A stretch of 64,000 bases of DNA, from assembly GCF_035594765.1 (NCBI RefSeq), contig NC_085845.1, positions 152,350,897 to 152,414,896 on the forward strand. Reading direction: 5' to 3'. Shown here one piece after another: positions 45,701 to 58,619 of this stretch (position 1 is the stretch's first letter; each line of letters opens with the position of its first letter). Position numbers and translations under genes: made by a program. A model generated the notes under the pieces. It was given only the letters and a program-made list of their open reading frames with translations, had not been told where the DNA came from and made no database searches. This stretch comes from Anolis carolinensis (taxonomy: Eukaryota).

Positions 45701-48700
45701 AATGGATATCTCAAAATACTAGGCTAGTTTCTACCATCTCATTTTATCATTTAAAAGAACTATTATGTCAGTCTCTGAACTTTTATTTGAAGCTTAATGG
45801 GTTTCAGAAAAGGACCAAGTTTATGAGTATGTTCTCTATTCTGCTACTTTTGGGAGTACTTTTTACGGATTGCTGCTGCACATTGGCAGTGTTTCGATCA
45901 TTAATATTTACTGCCTTTGAATATTAGTCTTTAGAACGGACCTTTTCATTCTGAAAAAAGAAAACACTGTGTAAGTGATGCCTTCCTCAACTTTTCATTT
46001 GGAAAAAAAATCTAAAATATTATTTTGGTGGAAAATGTGTGCACTAATTCAAATTTTTCTGTTTTCTTCCTCTGAATTTTCACATCTCAATACAAGCCCC
46101 TCAATATGTATGCAAGAGATTGAATAGGACAATTAAAGCTAAATGTTTTCTAATCATGTTGGGAAGGACTGCCCCTCCCCCAGTTAACCTAGTTAAAAAA
46201 CACATTTTTAAAGGAGATCCTTGTTAGATTAAATCAAATGAATATCTACTCTAGCATTATTTTCCAAATGTTGCTAAGCAAATTACAAAGTGAAACCTAA
46301 AACCATGACATTAGTTTTGGCTCATGTTCTCCAACATCTGTGGAGCCAAGATATGTTTTTGTACAGGTTGAGCATCCCTTATCCGAAATGTTTGGAACAG
46401 AAGTGTTTTGAATTTTAGATCCTCCTGAGTTATGGAATTTCTGAGGAAGTAACTTAGAAATGTGACCTGTGTCTAAATGTGCAATGAACAGATGTTTCTT
46501 ATACATCTTATACACATAGCCTGAAAGTAATTTTACATAATATTTATAGTTTGTGCATGAGACAAAGTTTGTGTATGCTGAATCAAAAGAAAGCAAATGT
46601 GTTAATTTCTCAGCCACCTCTGTGGACAATTTGGGATTTTGGAGTATTTCGCATTTCCGGATAAGGGATGCTCAACCTGTATACCTATTTTGAGTTACTT
46701 TGTGAATAATATCCTACGAAGACACTATTCTGTTTATTAGTAGTTTTGTCTTCATTCAAATAATACTTAAAGACTTTGAACTGCCTGAAATACCTTCCTA
46801 TTTATGTCATATGGTAACGTAATGAAATATACAGATAGAATTAGAAGATGTGCATCAATTTCAAGTGAAGTTTGAAACCTGACCCAGATTCCTTCAGACT
46901 GCTTGTGATAATTTCTGAGGTAAAGCGAGCTTTCCTTGACAGTTCTCAGAACTAAGAATGCCAATTGAAGCTCAGAAAGAGTTCAGGATTTTGGAAGTAT
47001 GTCAGGGGAATGGGCTGACATCTTTTTGATCTGTTTATATGAACAGATCCATGGGAAGGAATGGAGTGTGATTGATTGATTGATTGGTTGATAAACTTTC
47101 TGTTCGTAGTACAGGTTTTTTTACGAGAGGCTTTGAAATAATTTTGAAGAAAGATTGCAATTTTGATAAAATTCATGATTCCAGCTTTCTTCTTTATGAG
47201 ATAGAGAGGTTGGAGACTAGTATTAATACTAGCTATTAATTTTTACAAAACTCCCATTACTTTGCAGAACAATAATGAACCATGACAGATGGATAGGAAT
47301 GCAACCATAGATGAGATGTGGGGCAGCAAGAAAGGGGCCATGAAAAGGCCATTTTTCCATCAGCATTAACTTTACTACCTGAAAGAGGGGTGAGCAAAAT
47401 ATAGCCCCAGGGCTTCCTGCAACCCTCGACTCTTCCAGATCTGCACAAAAATATATATTTGTACCCCTCCCCCCTCCCCCCCCCCCCCAAAAAAAAAAAT
47501 CCCAGACATCTTTAAATGACTACACATTTCATCTGGATCTGAACTAAAGTAAAATTTAGATCTGAAAAAGTGAAAGATTAGTGGCATTCTTGTTTGCAAA
47601 AACCAGAGTTAATAGCATGTACAACACAATCCATTGTACTTATTTATCTGTAATTTGGTTTGTATATTTTTTTTTCTTAAGGTGCTACAATGATGGCAGG
47701 TTTATCTCAATTCTGACAGTGAAACATTTTTAATAGAACTTTTTAAAACTTTTTATCTTTTTCTACTTAGCTGCAAACATTGACTGGAAATAAAAAGGTT
47801 CTGACTTTACTCCTTTTTGAGAAGGTAGGTAACCTCTGAGATTTTGTATAAGCAATTGTAAATAGAACATGTCAGAACTGTATAGAACAGTGGTTCTCAA
47901 ATTTTAGTCTTCCAGCAGTTTTGGATTCCAGCTCCCAAAAGCCCCTGCAAGCTTGGCTAACAGTCAGGAATTCTGGAAGCTGAAGTGAAAATTATCTGGT
48001 GGACTGAAGTTTGGGAGTTACTTTTCCTCTGCCATTAAGCCATGCTGCTAAGCTCAGGACCTTGCATGTAGCAGATTGGTACTAAAAGGTATCCAGTAAA
48101 ATAGGAAAGAAAATGTTATAACAATGTGTTCCTTGATCAGTTGTCTCTGTTGCATATTGTTCTCTTGTTCTTTTCATATGTCTTATGTACCTGGATACCA
48201 CCTACTTGCCAATTGCCATATATATTGGAAAGAAATTGTAGTAGTTCTTTCCTTTTTCATTTTATGTCACCTTCAGTTGGGGCAGTGTGTCTAGCTAGCT
48301 GCTATCAAATGACAAGATATGCACTTTATTGGAGACTCGACAACTTTGTGATAAATTCATCATTTGCAGACTTGGGGCTCCTTTTTACTTTGCCATCAGT
48401 ATTAAGACTTCTGTTGGACTTGCAGTGTGCTTACCAAGAAAGTGCTGTACTTTTGAGGAAATAAGTAATATAACAGTTAAACCTCTTTTTACAGTAACTT
48501 TCAGAAAGTCGCAATACCCCTTTAGCTTTACAGTCAGCTCATATTTTCTTGCAGAAGTAAGAATGCAAGGAATTTCTTTGGTGCCCTTATCTGTTAACCT
48601 TAGCTGTGAATTACTCCACCCATTCCTTACTGTAGAAAGGTACAATATGTCTGCTGATGTTATTGTTGCTGAGGTGAATGGTGCAAGAACAGATGTGAAA

Positions 48701-51700
48701 GTCTGACATCTCTCTAAAATATTGTTACACCCAATTTATTCAGTAATGGGCATCGGCAGCATTACTTGGAAAATCATTTAACAGTTATCCATATAAAGTC
48801 TTAAATTTTCCTTTTTACTTTCCAAATCCAGAATTGTGTAAGTATGACAGCCTAACCCAATTTGTCTTTTGCTAGTCAAGTTTGCTTATTGGCCTTTATT
48901 TTGCATGTTTTCCTTCAAAGGTCCATGTTTTTTTTTTTTAAGAAAGCTGTATTTCAGCAATAAGTAGCAAAATAGAAGTGAGATTTACAGGTGTAGTAGC
49001 AACAGGTGACTCATCACAGCACTGTATTCCTATATCGCATGAAATCCCTTTGACTCAGCACTCATTTCAGATATTGTACCAGATATAATTTTATCATTTT
49101 ACCAATTCTTTAAAAGATTTTACTGAACCAATGCATCTCAGATCCAGTACAATGAGAGGTATATTGAGTTGATGTTATCAGATATTGATAACATATTTTC
49201 AAGCTTTATTTCTGTTACCACAAAGGAAGAAGCTGGAATTAGAAACAGAAAGCTACTGTAAAGGGAGTTTACAGCTTTTTTGTCAACTTTGGCTAATAAC
49301 AGTTTTCAGAGTCATACAGTCATATAATTGTTTTGGAGAATGCCATATTTCTACACCATATTCCACTGAGGAACTTATCCAGTAATCCCAGTTCATATCC
49401 CTTTCACTTGTTTCATATCATCTTTGAATAACATCCTCCCAGAATATGAGATGAGTGAATAATTTCCCTATCCTACTTTTTAATTTTTACTGATTTGCTT
49501 ATTTATTTCTGCTAAAAATGGCAGAAATGCTTATGCCTAAGATGTTGAGGTAGGGAAAATGGTCTTTGAATTTGTTTGTACTGTGAATGTGCTCTGCACC
49601 AGTGTTTTCTTAAAATATAAACTTCTGTTTTTAATATGTTAAGGGACCCAGTCAATATGAGGTCTGTAAGAATGCCCAACTTTTTTTTTTTTTTGCAGAA
49701 TTGCACATTGAAGTACAAACACTTTGCATGACTAAACACAGATCAAAATTGATCTTCCCCTTTTTGTGGTCATTGGTCCACCCTAGTTTTCACGATTGTT
49801 TTTAAATTATCATGATTTTACATTTCCAAATAATTTTGCACTATTGCATGTGTTTTCTAAGACTAAATTAGCAAGGCTTCTAATAGAAGTGGAGAACTTG
49901 GGTATTACACTTGACCTCAGAAATGAGCTACGTATGAGCTACATCTCAAGATTATCTTGTCATCTTGTACTCTTTTTCTCCTATTTTAAAAGTTTTTAAA
50001 AAAATATGTACTGGATTTTTATACAGTGTGTTGAAAGTCAAAAGTTTGTTGGTGCAGTTACATAAGTATTGGAAAGAAGTATGTCTGTACAGGAAGCTTG
50101 CCATTTATTTTCAGACACTGGTGAAAAGGTGAAATAAAATATAAAATATGTGTTGGGGCAGATTTAGTACAAAAATTAACAGATTGTACAAAATTAATCT
50201 TCTTGGCCTGGAATTTTTCTTGTCTCTTGTTGTTTCTTCCACTGCAATGCAGGTTACTATTTAAATTAACAGTACAGTAGTCTTTTGACATTATGGATTG
50301 ATAATTAAGTGGACTAAGCCCAAGTAATGTTGCATGTGATCTCATATGGTATGTATGTGAATTTTACTAAGGTTTAGATTCTGATTCCTGGATTCATTTA
50401 GGTATGTAAATCAGTTTTTCCCTTCTCTAGAAAATGAATCCTTGTAACTTTACTAAGAAAAACAATGAAGTAAATATTCTCCCTTTTAAATTAAAAAAAA
50501 TCATGAAACTCTGAATTCAATTTGGAGACGTATAATTAATTATATTGCCTGAACAAACATTCTATCTTCCCATCATTTGTACTAACCAGTCATTTTTTTC
50601 TTTAATATCACTAGTATAATCATGTTCTAGGTTTTCATTTTCTCTGCAAACAACAGTGTATTCCCATTTGACATCATCATAATAACACTAGGGTCTTCAG
50701 GAAGTGCTTGAAATATTAGTTCACACTTCCCACTATTGACAAACCCATAAAACAGCAATAGAATTTCTTCAGCTTTTACTGCTTATGAAACAGTGCTATC
50801 TTTCTTTACAGCTAGTCCCTCCAGTTTCTGCAAACACCTCTCAAAATATTCTGACTTTAAAGTACTGTATTTTGTTCCTGGTGTATGTTTCAAGGTACGC
50901 ATATCCTTCAAAAGAACGTTTACATACTTATCCAATCCTAAAACACTAAGTAGCACCTACCAGCATTAACTTTTTAAATGCAATGTATGGAATGACCCTA
51001 GATATTAATTGTCTTAATAAATATTGTTCTTGAGTCAAGATGTTTTTCAGAGGTTCTGTTGAACTACAGCAGTAGTAGGATTCTGAAACCATGAGTAGAA
51101 AGAAGTTCAGAGACCAAGTTTTTCCTGTACTCTTCCCCTTCTAAAAGTCTGTTTCTGAAGATTAGTGGAATGTTATGGGATGCAAGGCAGAATGCTGCTT
51201 GGAGGAGGTCCTTATATGACTTGAGCTCTTCTTGTTCATGGTGCTTTTCCTCTGTCTGGGGCGCTCCACCTTTCTGCCAGCAAGCATGTCCCTTGCAGCC
51301 TCTGTTGTCCAGAAGAATCTCAACTTATGAGGGGAAGGATGGGATATGGACATTTCCTTCCCAGAGTTCCACTCTTAACAGGTTATAACCGAGAATTGAC
51401 TCTACATTAGGATAGTATTTTGTGTGAGAGAATGAAATTTAATCTTTGACAACATTACTTTGTGTTTATGAACAATTGAATTTTATAATGAAAGTTTTTA
51501 ACTATAATTTCAAAGGGCATTGAAAATATTGTTAGAAGTTTTTTAGATTGGCAGAGTACATACTTGGTAAAGTACGTGATTTCTGCTATGTTCATTAAAA
51601 ACAGTACTTTTGTGTATAAAATGAAATGTATAGCTGTCATTGTGAATGAGATTGTCAGTTTTTAAAAAGGCTGTCTTCCTGAGTGTTTGCCATAAAGGGT

Positions 51701-53262
51701 TTGCCATGAGAAGGCTTTTTTCATACTTAATTGTTTCCTGTTAATCTTGCCATAAAGTTTATAATCTGGGGCTAGACCTGATTGACAGTTTAAGACTAGA
51801 TTACATAGATACCATAAAATCTTTACATACACATGCCTTAAAATCTTTTGGAATAGTTTGACAACCAGCCTAATGTGTGACAGCCAGTCATAAGGACAGC
51901 TAGAGTTAAATTCGCTACCAGTTGGACTTTGTAGTGTTGTCTTCACCCCCTCTGCATCTCTAAACCTTAGTTTGCAGTGTAAAAGCAACGTAAAGATGAT
52001 AAATGGTCCTTTGTCACAAAATTTTACCTGCTTCTTTTTATCCATTCCTGCAAAGACTTATTGAAATCTTCTCCCATGTAACTTTTGTTTGCGGAAAGCA
52101 TCATGTTTGCCTCAGAATAAGTGACATGTCTAACTTTCACATATGGCCTGAACATATGGTACTATTAAAAACCCAAAATGTTTAAATTCCTATTTGTGTT
52201 AAAAACTAGAGATTACTATTTGAATTTTGCTTTTATTGGTGCATTGAAGTTTGGAGTACTGTGTGTAAAATGAATGGGTTTGAAAACGGAGAGGGTCCTT
52301 CACTCAGGAATTTCTGTACTTCGCGTTTTACTTGGCAATGGATGCCAACAACCTGAATGCCCTGTTAATTTTCAATGCAATACACAAACTCTGTATTAAA
52401 AATAATATATGGTACTAATTCTGTATTTCCCCTGATGATTGCCAAACCCTGAATGCAAGCTGTCTTGTTACTAAGACATTGATTGCTACTGAATGTATAG
52501 GAAATGCTTCCATTTTTGTAAAAGAAAATAGTGTTTGTATGATGTACCAATATGGCATGTCTCCGCCAGCAAGTATGGTGCCTTGTTTTTTTAGTTTTTA
52601 GACATGACATTTCATTCCATTGTAGTCTCACCTATGTCTTCAGAACCACTGTGAGATTAGAGAAAATAATGTTTCAGAATTTGCAGTACAACTGATCTAA
52701 AGTCTTAGCATGAAAATGGACAGTATAATCCTATAATCACCAGTGTGCCACAAATGCATTTCTTAAATGCCTAACTATACATTTCTATAAAAAGCCAAAA
52801 CTGTGTTTGTATGTTACTTTTGTCATTACATTGTAAAATACTGTAAAGCTGTTGTTGTATGTCCTAATTTTGCATTTTAAAATGTTTCCTATGTAAAGGC
52901 ATCAATATACAACTTTGTATAAAAGTAGCTTTCTAGAGTTTTATTTTATTAAAAAAATCTAAAGAGTTGCCAAAATATTCCTGAACAGTTTGCAAACTGT
53001 TTTAAACCCCCACCTTCCCCACAATTGTTCTTTTCAAACATTCCAGCCTTCCCTTTAAGAGAGTAACATTTATTCTACAGCTAATATATTTTCTTTTTCA
53101 TCCTCCATATGCTACCACTTAATTTTGGCTTGCTTTTACATTGAGCTTACCCAATGTCCATTTTAAAATGTATTCTGTATTATTGACAACCTTGTCCCCT
53201 CACCAGTGCCAGCTCCATAAGAACTGTAGCATGGCAATAAAATATCTGATTTTTACTATGTA
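42767..53262 (+). other. FRS2: Putative long FRS2 3' UTR with alternative poly(A) signals
   Basis: TE-poor AT-rich stretch; AATAAA at 45299, 47789, 51016 and 53236, the last followed by a GT/T-rich tract (53266-53296). Confidence 0.5.
46364..46679. mobile_element. Tigger/pogo-like MITE
   Basis: TIRs CAGGTTGAGCATCCCTTATCCG / CGGATAAGGGATGCTCAACCTG; TA TSD. Confidence 0.9.
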
Positions 53263-53469
53263 AGAGTGTCTTTTGTTTCTTTGTTGTTTGGGTTGGGATT
53301 ATATTTTCTCTTATGCCCAAATTATTATTGTGCACACTACAATATTAAATATGATGGCCTAAATGCTAAAGGTAGGAAAAATATATAATCTACTTTAGCC
53401 AATTCTAATTCCCAGGAATTTTAATGATAATTTTACTGTCAACTCATCAATTCATGGGGTGGGGGTGGG

Positions 53470-55400
53470 GGAGTGTGTGAGGTAATAAAAGAACTATATA
53501 GCGAAAACAAAGCTACCATCTCAGTAAACGGGGCACAAACTAGACAAATAAATATTAACAGGGGAACTAAACGGGGATGCCCCCTTTCTCCAGCCCTATT
53601 TTCATTGGCCATCAAACCCTTAGCAAACTCAGTAAGGAACAACCCGGTTATAAAGCGGGAAAGGAAGTCATCAAGATTAATCTATACGTTGATGATGTTA
53701 TGACAACTTTAGGAGAGGTGGAGGAGTTACTACAATCAATAGTCAAAACAGTCAAGGACTTTGGTAAAACTTCAGGCCTCACAATTTAGGGAAATCAGAG
53801 ATATTACATAAAAATCTAACATGGGAATAACTTAAGGTTCAAAACATTATGGGAGTAAAATTGGGGGGAAAGAAGATGAAATACCTGGGTGTAGATAGAC
53901 CAAAAAACATCAATAATATCATACCAATGAACTACAATCATTTATGGAAAAATATAAGCAAACAAATCATCATATGGGGAAAGAAATTTTGAAATATATT
54001 CACATGGCTAAAAATTTACAGGATGAAGCTCTTGCCCAGGTTCTTATTCTTGTTCCAAACTCTCCCGGTGAATATCCCTACCAATCTGTTGAAGAAGTGA
54101 GACAACTCTTATCAAAAAATGGGTAGTGGGAGGAAACAAAAACAGGATTGCTTACTTCCTATATTATAGTAAACAAGAAATGGGGGGATGGGGGGCTCCC
54201 TTGTTGGGAATATACTTCGAGGCAAGTCAGTTAGCTAGGTTACTAGAATTCAAATTGGAAGGGTCAAAAAAATGGGTGCAAATAAAAAGGAAGCAAATAG
54301 TTGGCAAAAAGGAATGTCAGTGGGAGAGAGAATAGATAGAAAAGACCTAAATAACTTAAAAGCAGGCCTTGTTTAATAATGTTGTTAATCTGGAAAAGAT
54401 GGCAAACTAAATTACAAATAAATAAAATTGACCCTTTCCCATTAGAAACATTGGAAAATAAGGAGAGGACATTCAGGAATCTAATTAGGGCACTGAAGGA
54501 AAAAGGTATCAAAAGGATTGGGGATCTCATGGATCCCAATGGAGAAATATTAAAGTGGGATAAAATAAAAGATAAATGTGGTCAAGGGAATTGGATAGCA
54601 TGGTTAGGCCTATCCAGTAAAGTTCAGGCCATGAAAAGAAGAGAAGCAGCTGAAACCTCACTGGATAGACTAATTAAAAGGAAAACAGAAATAGATAAAG
54701 GAATGACTGGGCTATTGTATGACGAACTAACCACCTTAACTTATAACACAAAAACAACTCTTATAGAGAACTGGAAACGGGAAAAAACTTTACTGAGAAA
54801 CTAATCGGGTTTTGGATTGATAATATTCATAAAATTAAACATATAAGGATCAAAGAAACCCAAAGGAAAATAATCTCTAAATGGTACAGAATCCCCCTCC
54901 AGTTGGCACACATAATGGGAAATACCTCAAACAAGTGTTGGCACAAATGTGGGGGAATAGGTTCATTCTCCCACATGTGGTGGGACTGTAGAAAAATTCA
55001 GAACTTTTATAGTAAAATAGGTAATGGAAGAAATAATAGGGAAAGAATTAATATGGGACAAAGCCAGCTACATGTCTCTCACAGTAAAGGTAAAGGAAGA
55101 TAACAACAATTGGACAGAGATCCTAAAATATGTGACAGCCACAATACAAGCCACGATAGCCTGAGGATGGAGGGATGATTCAAAATGGGAAGTAGAAACT
55201 TGGTGGGCTTATATATCAGAATATATAATTAATGACTTCATCAATCAAAGAGAAAAAAGTATACAAATAGCATAAAAGAACAAGACTGGTTCAGGAAATG
55301 GTTGTGCTTATTGACAAAATAGACGGAGATGAAAGATACACCACCTTGAACCAGGCATTCCACACGGTTAAAATGATGTATTGATAATATTTTGTATTGC
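53470..55400 (+). mobile_element. Degraded, 5'-truncated L1-clade LINE ORF2 (RT and C-terminal Cys/His motif)
   Basis: Fragments RGTKRGCPLSPALFSLAIKPL, LYVDD, KYLGV and CWHKCGGIGSFSHMWWDC, with several frameshifts and stops. Confidence 0.85.
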
Positions 55401-55538
55401 TGTCCAGGGGGGGCGTGGGTGGTGGGTGATACATTTCTGAGGATCATTTAAAATGTCATTGTTTTCTTTTCCCCCTAGAAACACTCCAGGGACTGCCTAG
55501 CGATGCAATAAGTGATGTGTAGACAGGAGTTACATTGT

Positions 55539-55897
55539 GTTGTTTAAGGCTTTCATGGCTGGAATCACTGGGTTGCTGTGAGTTTTCCGGGCTGTATGGC
55601 CATATTCCAGAATCATTCTCTCCTGACAGTTCGCCCACATCTATGGTTGTGAGGTCTGTTGGAAACTAGGCAAGTGGGGTGTATATATCTGTGGAATGTC
55701 TAGGCTTTGAAACTGAAAGGCCATTCAGTGCTAATCAAGATGGCCAATTGCAACATTCGCACTTGCCTCAAACAGACAAGAGTCCTTTCTTCCACCCTGG
55801 GCATTCCACAGATATATAAATCCCACTTGCCTAGTTTCCAACAGACTTCACAACCTCTAAGGATGCCTGCCATAGATGTGGGCGAAATGTCAGGAGA
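55539..55897. mobile_element. Penelope-like element fragment with inverted arms
   Basis: ctgttggaaactaggcaagtggg / cccacttgcctagtttccaacag inverted pair; cgcccacatctatgg / ccatagatgtgggcg inverted pair. Confidence 0.7.
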
Positions 55898-55904
55898 GCT
55901 AGCG

Positions 55905-55996
55905 TCTGAGGGGGAAAAGGAAAGAGCCTGAGGCTCTTAGGAATGGTGGGAGTTGAAGTCCAAAACACCTGTAGGGCCCAAGTTTGCCCATGCCTA
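55905..55996. mobile_element. Half hAT MITE directly upstream of the CCT2 promoter
   Basis: Reverse complement of 817-910. Confidence 0.8.
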
Positions 55997-56009
55997 CCCT
56001 AGTGAATGG

Positions 56010-56400
56010 AAGAAGGGGACTACAACTCCCGGCATGCAACGCTCTTTCCTGCTTTCCCCGCCGAGACGTCATTTCCTGCATCCGTTGTCTCCGCTGATTG
56101 AGCGCGAGCACGCGGCAGCTCAGAACGTTGGGGTAACAGCCTTCCGCTCCTCGCCGTCGCCATGGTGAGTCCCGGGCCTTCCTTCCTCTCAGGGAGGGCG
56201 CGCCCGCCCGCGCGTTCGTTCGTTCGTTCCTTTGGAAGGGGCTCAGCCAGGAGGGAGGCAGGGAGGGGAGGGGAGGGCCGAAGGTTCTAGAAGGGCCTAG
56301 AAGAGGAGGAAGGAGCCCATCCCGCTCGCCTGTCCTCAAAAATGAGGGGCCTTCGCGCGCCGGGAAACAAGGCACGGCTCTCCTGCGGGCCTAACTCTTT
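56010..56400 (+). promoter_or_regulatory. CCT2: CCT2 CpG-island promoter with a ZNF143/Staf-type site ACTACAACTCCCGGCATGC (56019-56037)
   Basis: CpG-rich; SBS-like motif; GACGTCA half-CRE (~56065); lies directly upstream of the ATG-only exon. Confidence 0.8.
56162..56164 (+). CDS. CCT2: CCT2 exon 1 coding part (initiator ATG only)
   Basis: GCC ATG|GTGAGT; joins in phase 0 to [12 protein letters not shown], giving MASLSLAP. Confidence 0.9.
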
Positions 56401-56699
56401 ATTTGTTTCTGCTTGCCAGTCCCCCCCTCTCTCCCTCCTTCCGCACCCGAGACAAAGGCAGAACCGCTCTCTGGAAAGGCTTCTGTGTTTGGCTTCCTAG
56501 GACAATGGTCTCCCTTTCATTGAATTACAATCTGTATGGATTTGTCAATACAGGTTGAGTGCCCTTCGCACTCAGATCCTCACATTGTCCACGCCCGATT
56601 CTTCCTGAATTGAGTCCTATTACACCAGGGAAGGGCAAACATCGGCGCTCCAGGTGTTTTGGACTTCAACTCCCACAATTCCTAACAGCCAGTATTAGC

Positions 56700-57032
56700 A
56701 TTGAATAGCCTTGCAGCTTAAAGGTCTGACTGCTTACTTCCTGGGGGAATCCTTTGTTGGGAGGTGTTGGCTGGCCCGGATTGTTTTCCTGTCTGTAATT
56801 CCTCTGTTTTTCTGAGTGTTGTCCTTTGTTTACTGTTCAGATTTTAGAGTTTCTTTAATATTGGTAGCCAGGTTTTGTTCATTTTCGTGGTTTCCTCCTT
56901 TCTGTTGAAATTGTCTTCATGCTTGTGGGTTTCAATGATTTCTCTGTGTAGTCTGACATGGTAGTCATTCGAGTGGTCCAACAGTCAGGGCCAGCTTACA
57001 TGGCGTACAACCCGGAAAACTCACAGCAACCC
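56700..57032 (-). mobile_element. Penelope-like element fragment (endonuclease C-terminal region)
   Basis: Minus strand encodes ...DHSNDYHVRLHREIIETHKHEDNFNRKEE...WLPIL, typical of the Penelope GIY-YIG end; abuts a Penelope terminal motif. Confidence 0.65.
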
Positions 57033-58071
57033 TGTGTTGAATTGGTTGAGCCTCAATGAGATATTCATTGAAAAACTATAGCAAAATGTGCAGACAGGTG
57101 TCCCGCAAAAACAAAATTTTTGCAGTTTAATCAACTTTCCCCATGTTTTATGATAGAACCAATTAGGAAATGACATTTATAACCCACGAACAAAAATCAT
57201 GTTGCATAATGTTGTTGTTGTTATTGTTGTTGTTAGGGTATATACCCAGGCATGCATTTTCTTTATGGCTCTTTTGTTCCTTCCCTCATTTCCCTCGCAC
57301 ACCTGTCTCTTCTTCCAGTCATTCATTCATCTCTTGCTTTCCCTCACACACCTTTCTCCCTCCTTTCTTCCCCCCCCCCTCTCTTCATACCTTTCCCCTA
57401 TCCTTTCTCATCCTCAATCCTCCCCCCCCCCCTCCTTCCTTTCTCTCTCCCTCCCCTTCCCTTTTCTGGCTTCCTCCTTTTACCTTGTACACATGCCTCC
57501 TAGCAACAACCAAGCTCCCTTCCTTTCCCAGTCACATCACAGAGGGCCACTTCACTTAGCCACACCCAGTCAGCTTTGTTCCCTTTCTTTCTCTCATATT
57601 TGGGTCTGAAAGGGGTGGTTTTGTTAATTCAGACCCCTCAATTATTTTTAGTTGGATCATGAAATGTATGCCAAGTTTGGTCCAAGTCCATAGTACAAAC
57701 ATACATACACTGACCTATATATATGAGAGGTTATTATGATTTCTATCTTTGTGATCTTTATCTCAGTGATTTAGACACAAAGCAGCTCACAACACTACGA
57801 TCAACAATACGATCTCACATCTTCACCATGTAAATATTAAAATAGGATGAAACACACATCACTCAAAACATTAAAAGCAAGTAAAAATTCTTAATGTACT
57901 ATACAGCAACTTCTTGGTTTGCTCATAGCAACTCTTCCTGCTTATAATAAATACTCTGTTCTGATGCCTGTTGAGGATCTCTTATTGAGGAAGCCAAAAT
58001 GCTCCAAAACCATCCCTATATATGGCTGACATAGTGAAATCTTTCCTTTCTGATGGTTCTGTGTACACATT

Positions 58072-58367
58072 CAGTAGAGTCTCGCTTATCCAAGATAAAC
58101 GGGCCAGCAGAAAATTGGATAAGCGAAAATCTTGGATAATAAGGAGGGATTAAGGAAAAGCCTATTAAACATAAAATTACAGTATGAGTTTACAAATTAA
58201 GCACCAAAACATTGTAGTATGTAGTTATGTAGTAATTACTGTATTTATGAATTTAGCACCAAAACATTGCAACATTTACTACAAAAACAATGACTACTAA
58301 AAGGCAGACTGCCTTGGATAATTCAGAACCTTGGATAAGTGAAGCTTGGATAAGTGAGACTCTACTG
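58072..58367. mobile_element. Tc1/mariner (pogo/Tigger-like) MITE
   Basis: TIRs CAGTAGAGTCTCGCTTATCCAAG / CTTGGATAAGTGAGACTCTACTG; same family as 38318-38640. Confidence 0.85.
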
Positions 58368-58619
58368 TAATTAGTTTCATGCACCACATTGGGTCCCATC
58401 TCCAGAATTAATGACACAACTTCAATTGGAAAAAGTGGGTTCCCTTGGAACTAGAAATACCAGTATCCTACAGTGGTGCAAAAGTATTTAAACATATAAA
58501 AATTCAATTCATACATACAAATACAAATGAGGTCAGCAAAACATAAGATTGTAACATTCACATTGAAAAGAAAAAAAACATGTTCTTTTCTCAAAAAAAT
58601 GAGAAAATGAGAATTTTTT

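Noticed and set aside
57170-57609. Pro/Ser/Phe/Leu-rich ORFs in three frames
   Set aside because: Low-complexity polypyrimidine tract in CCT2 intron 1
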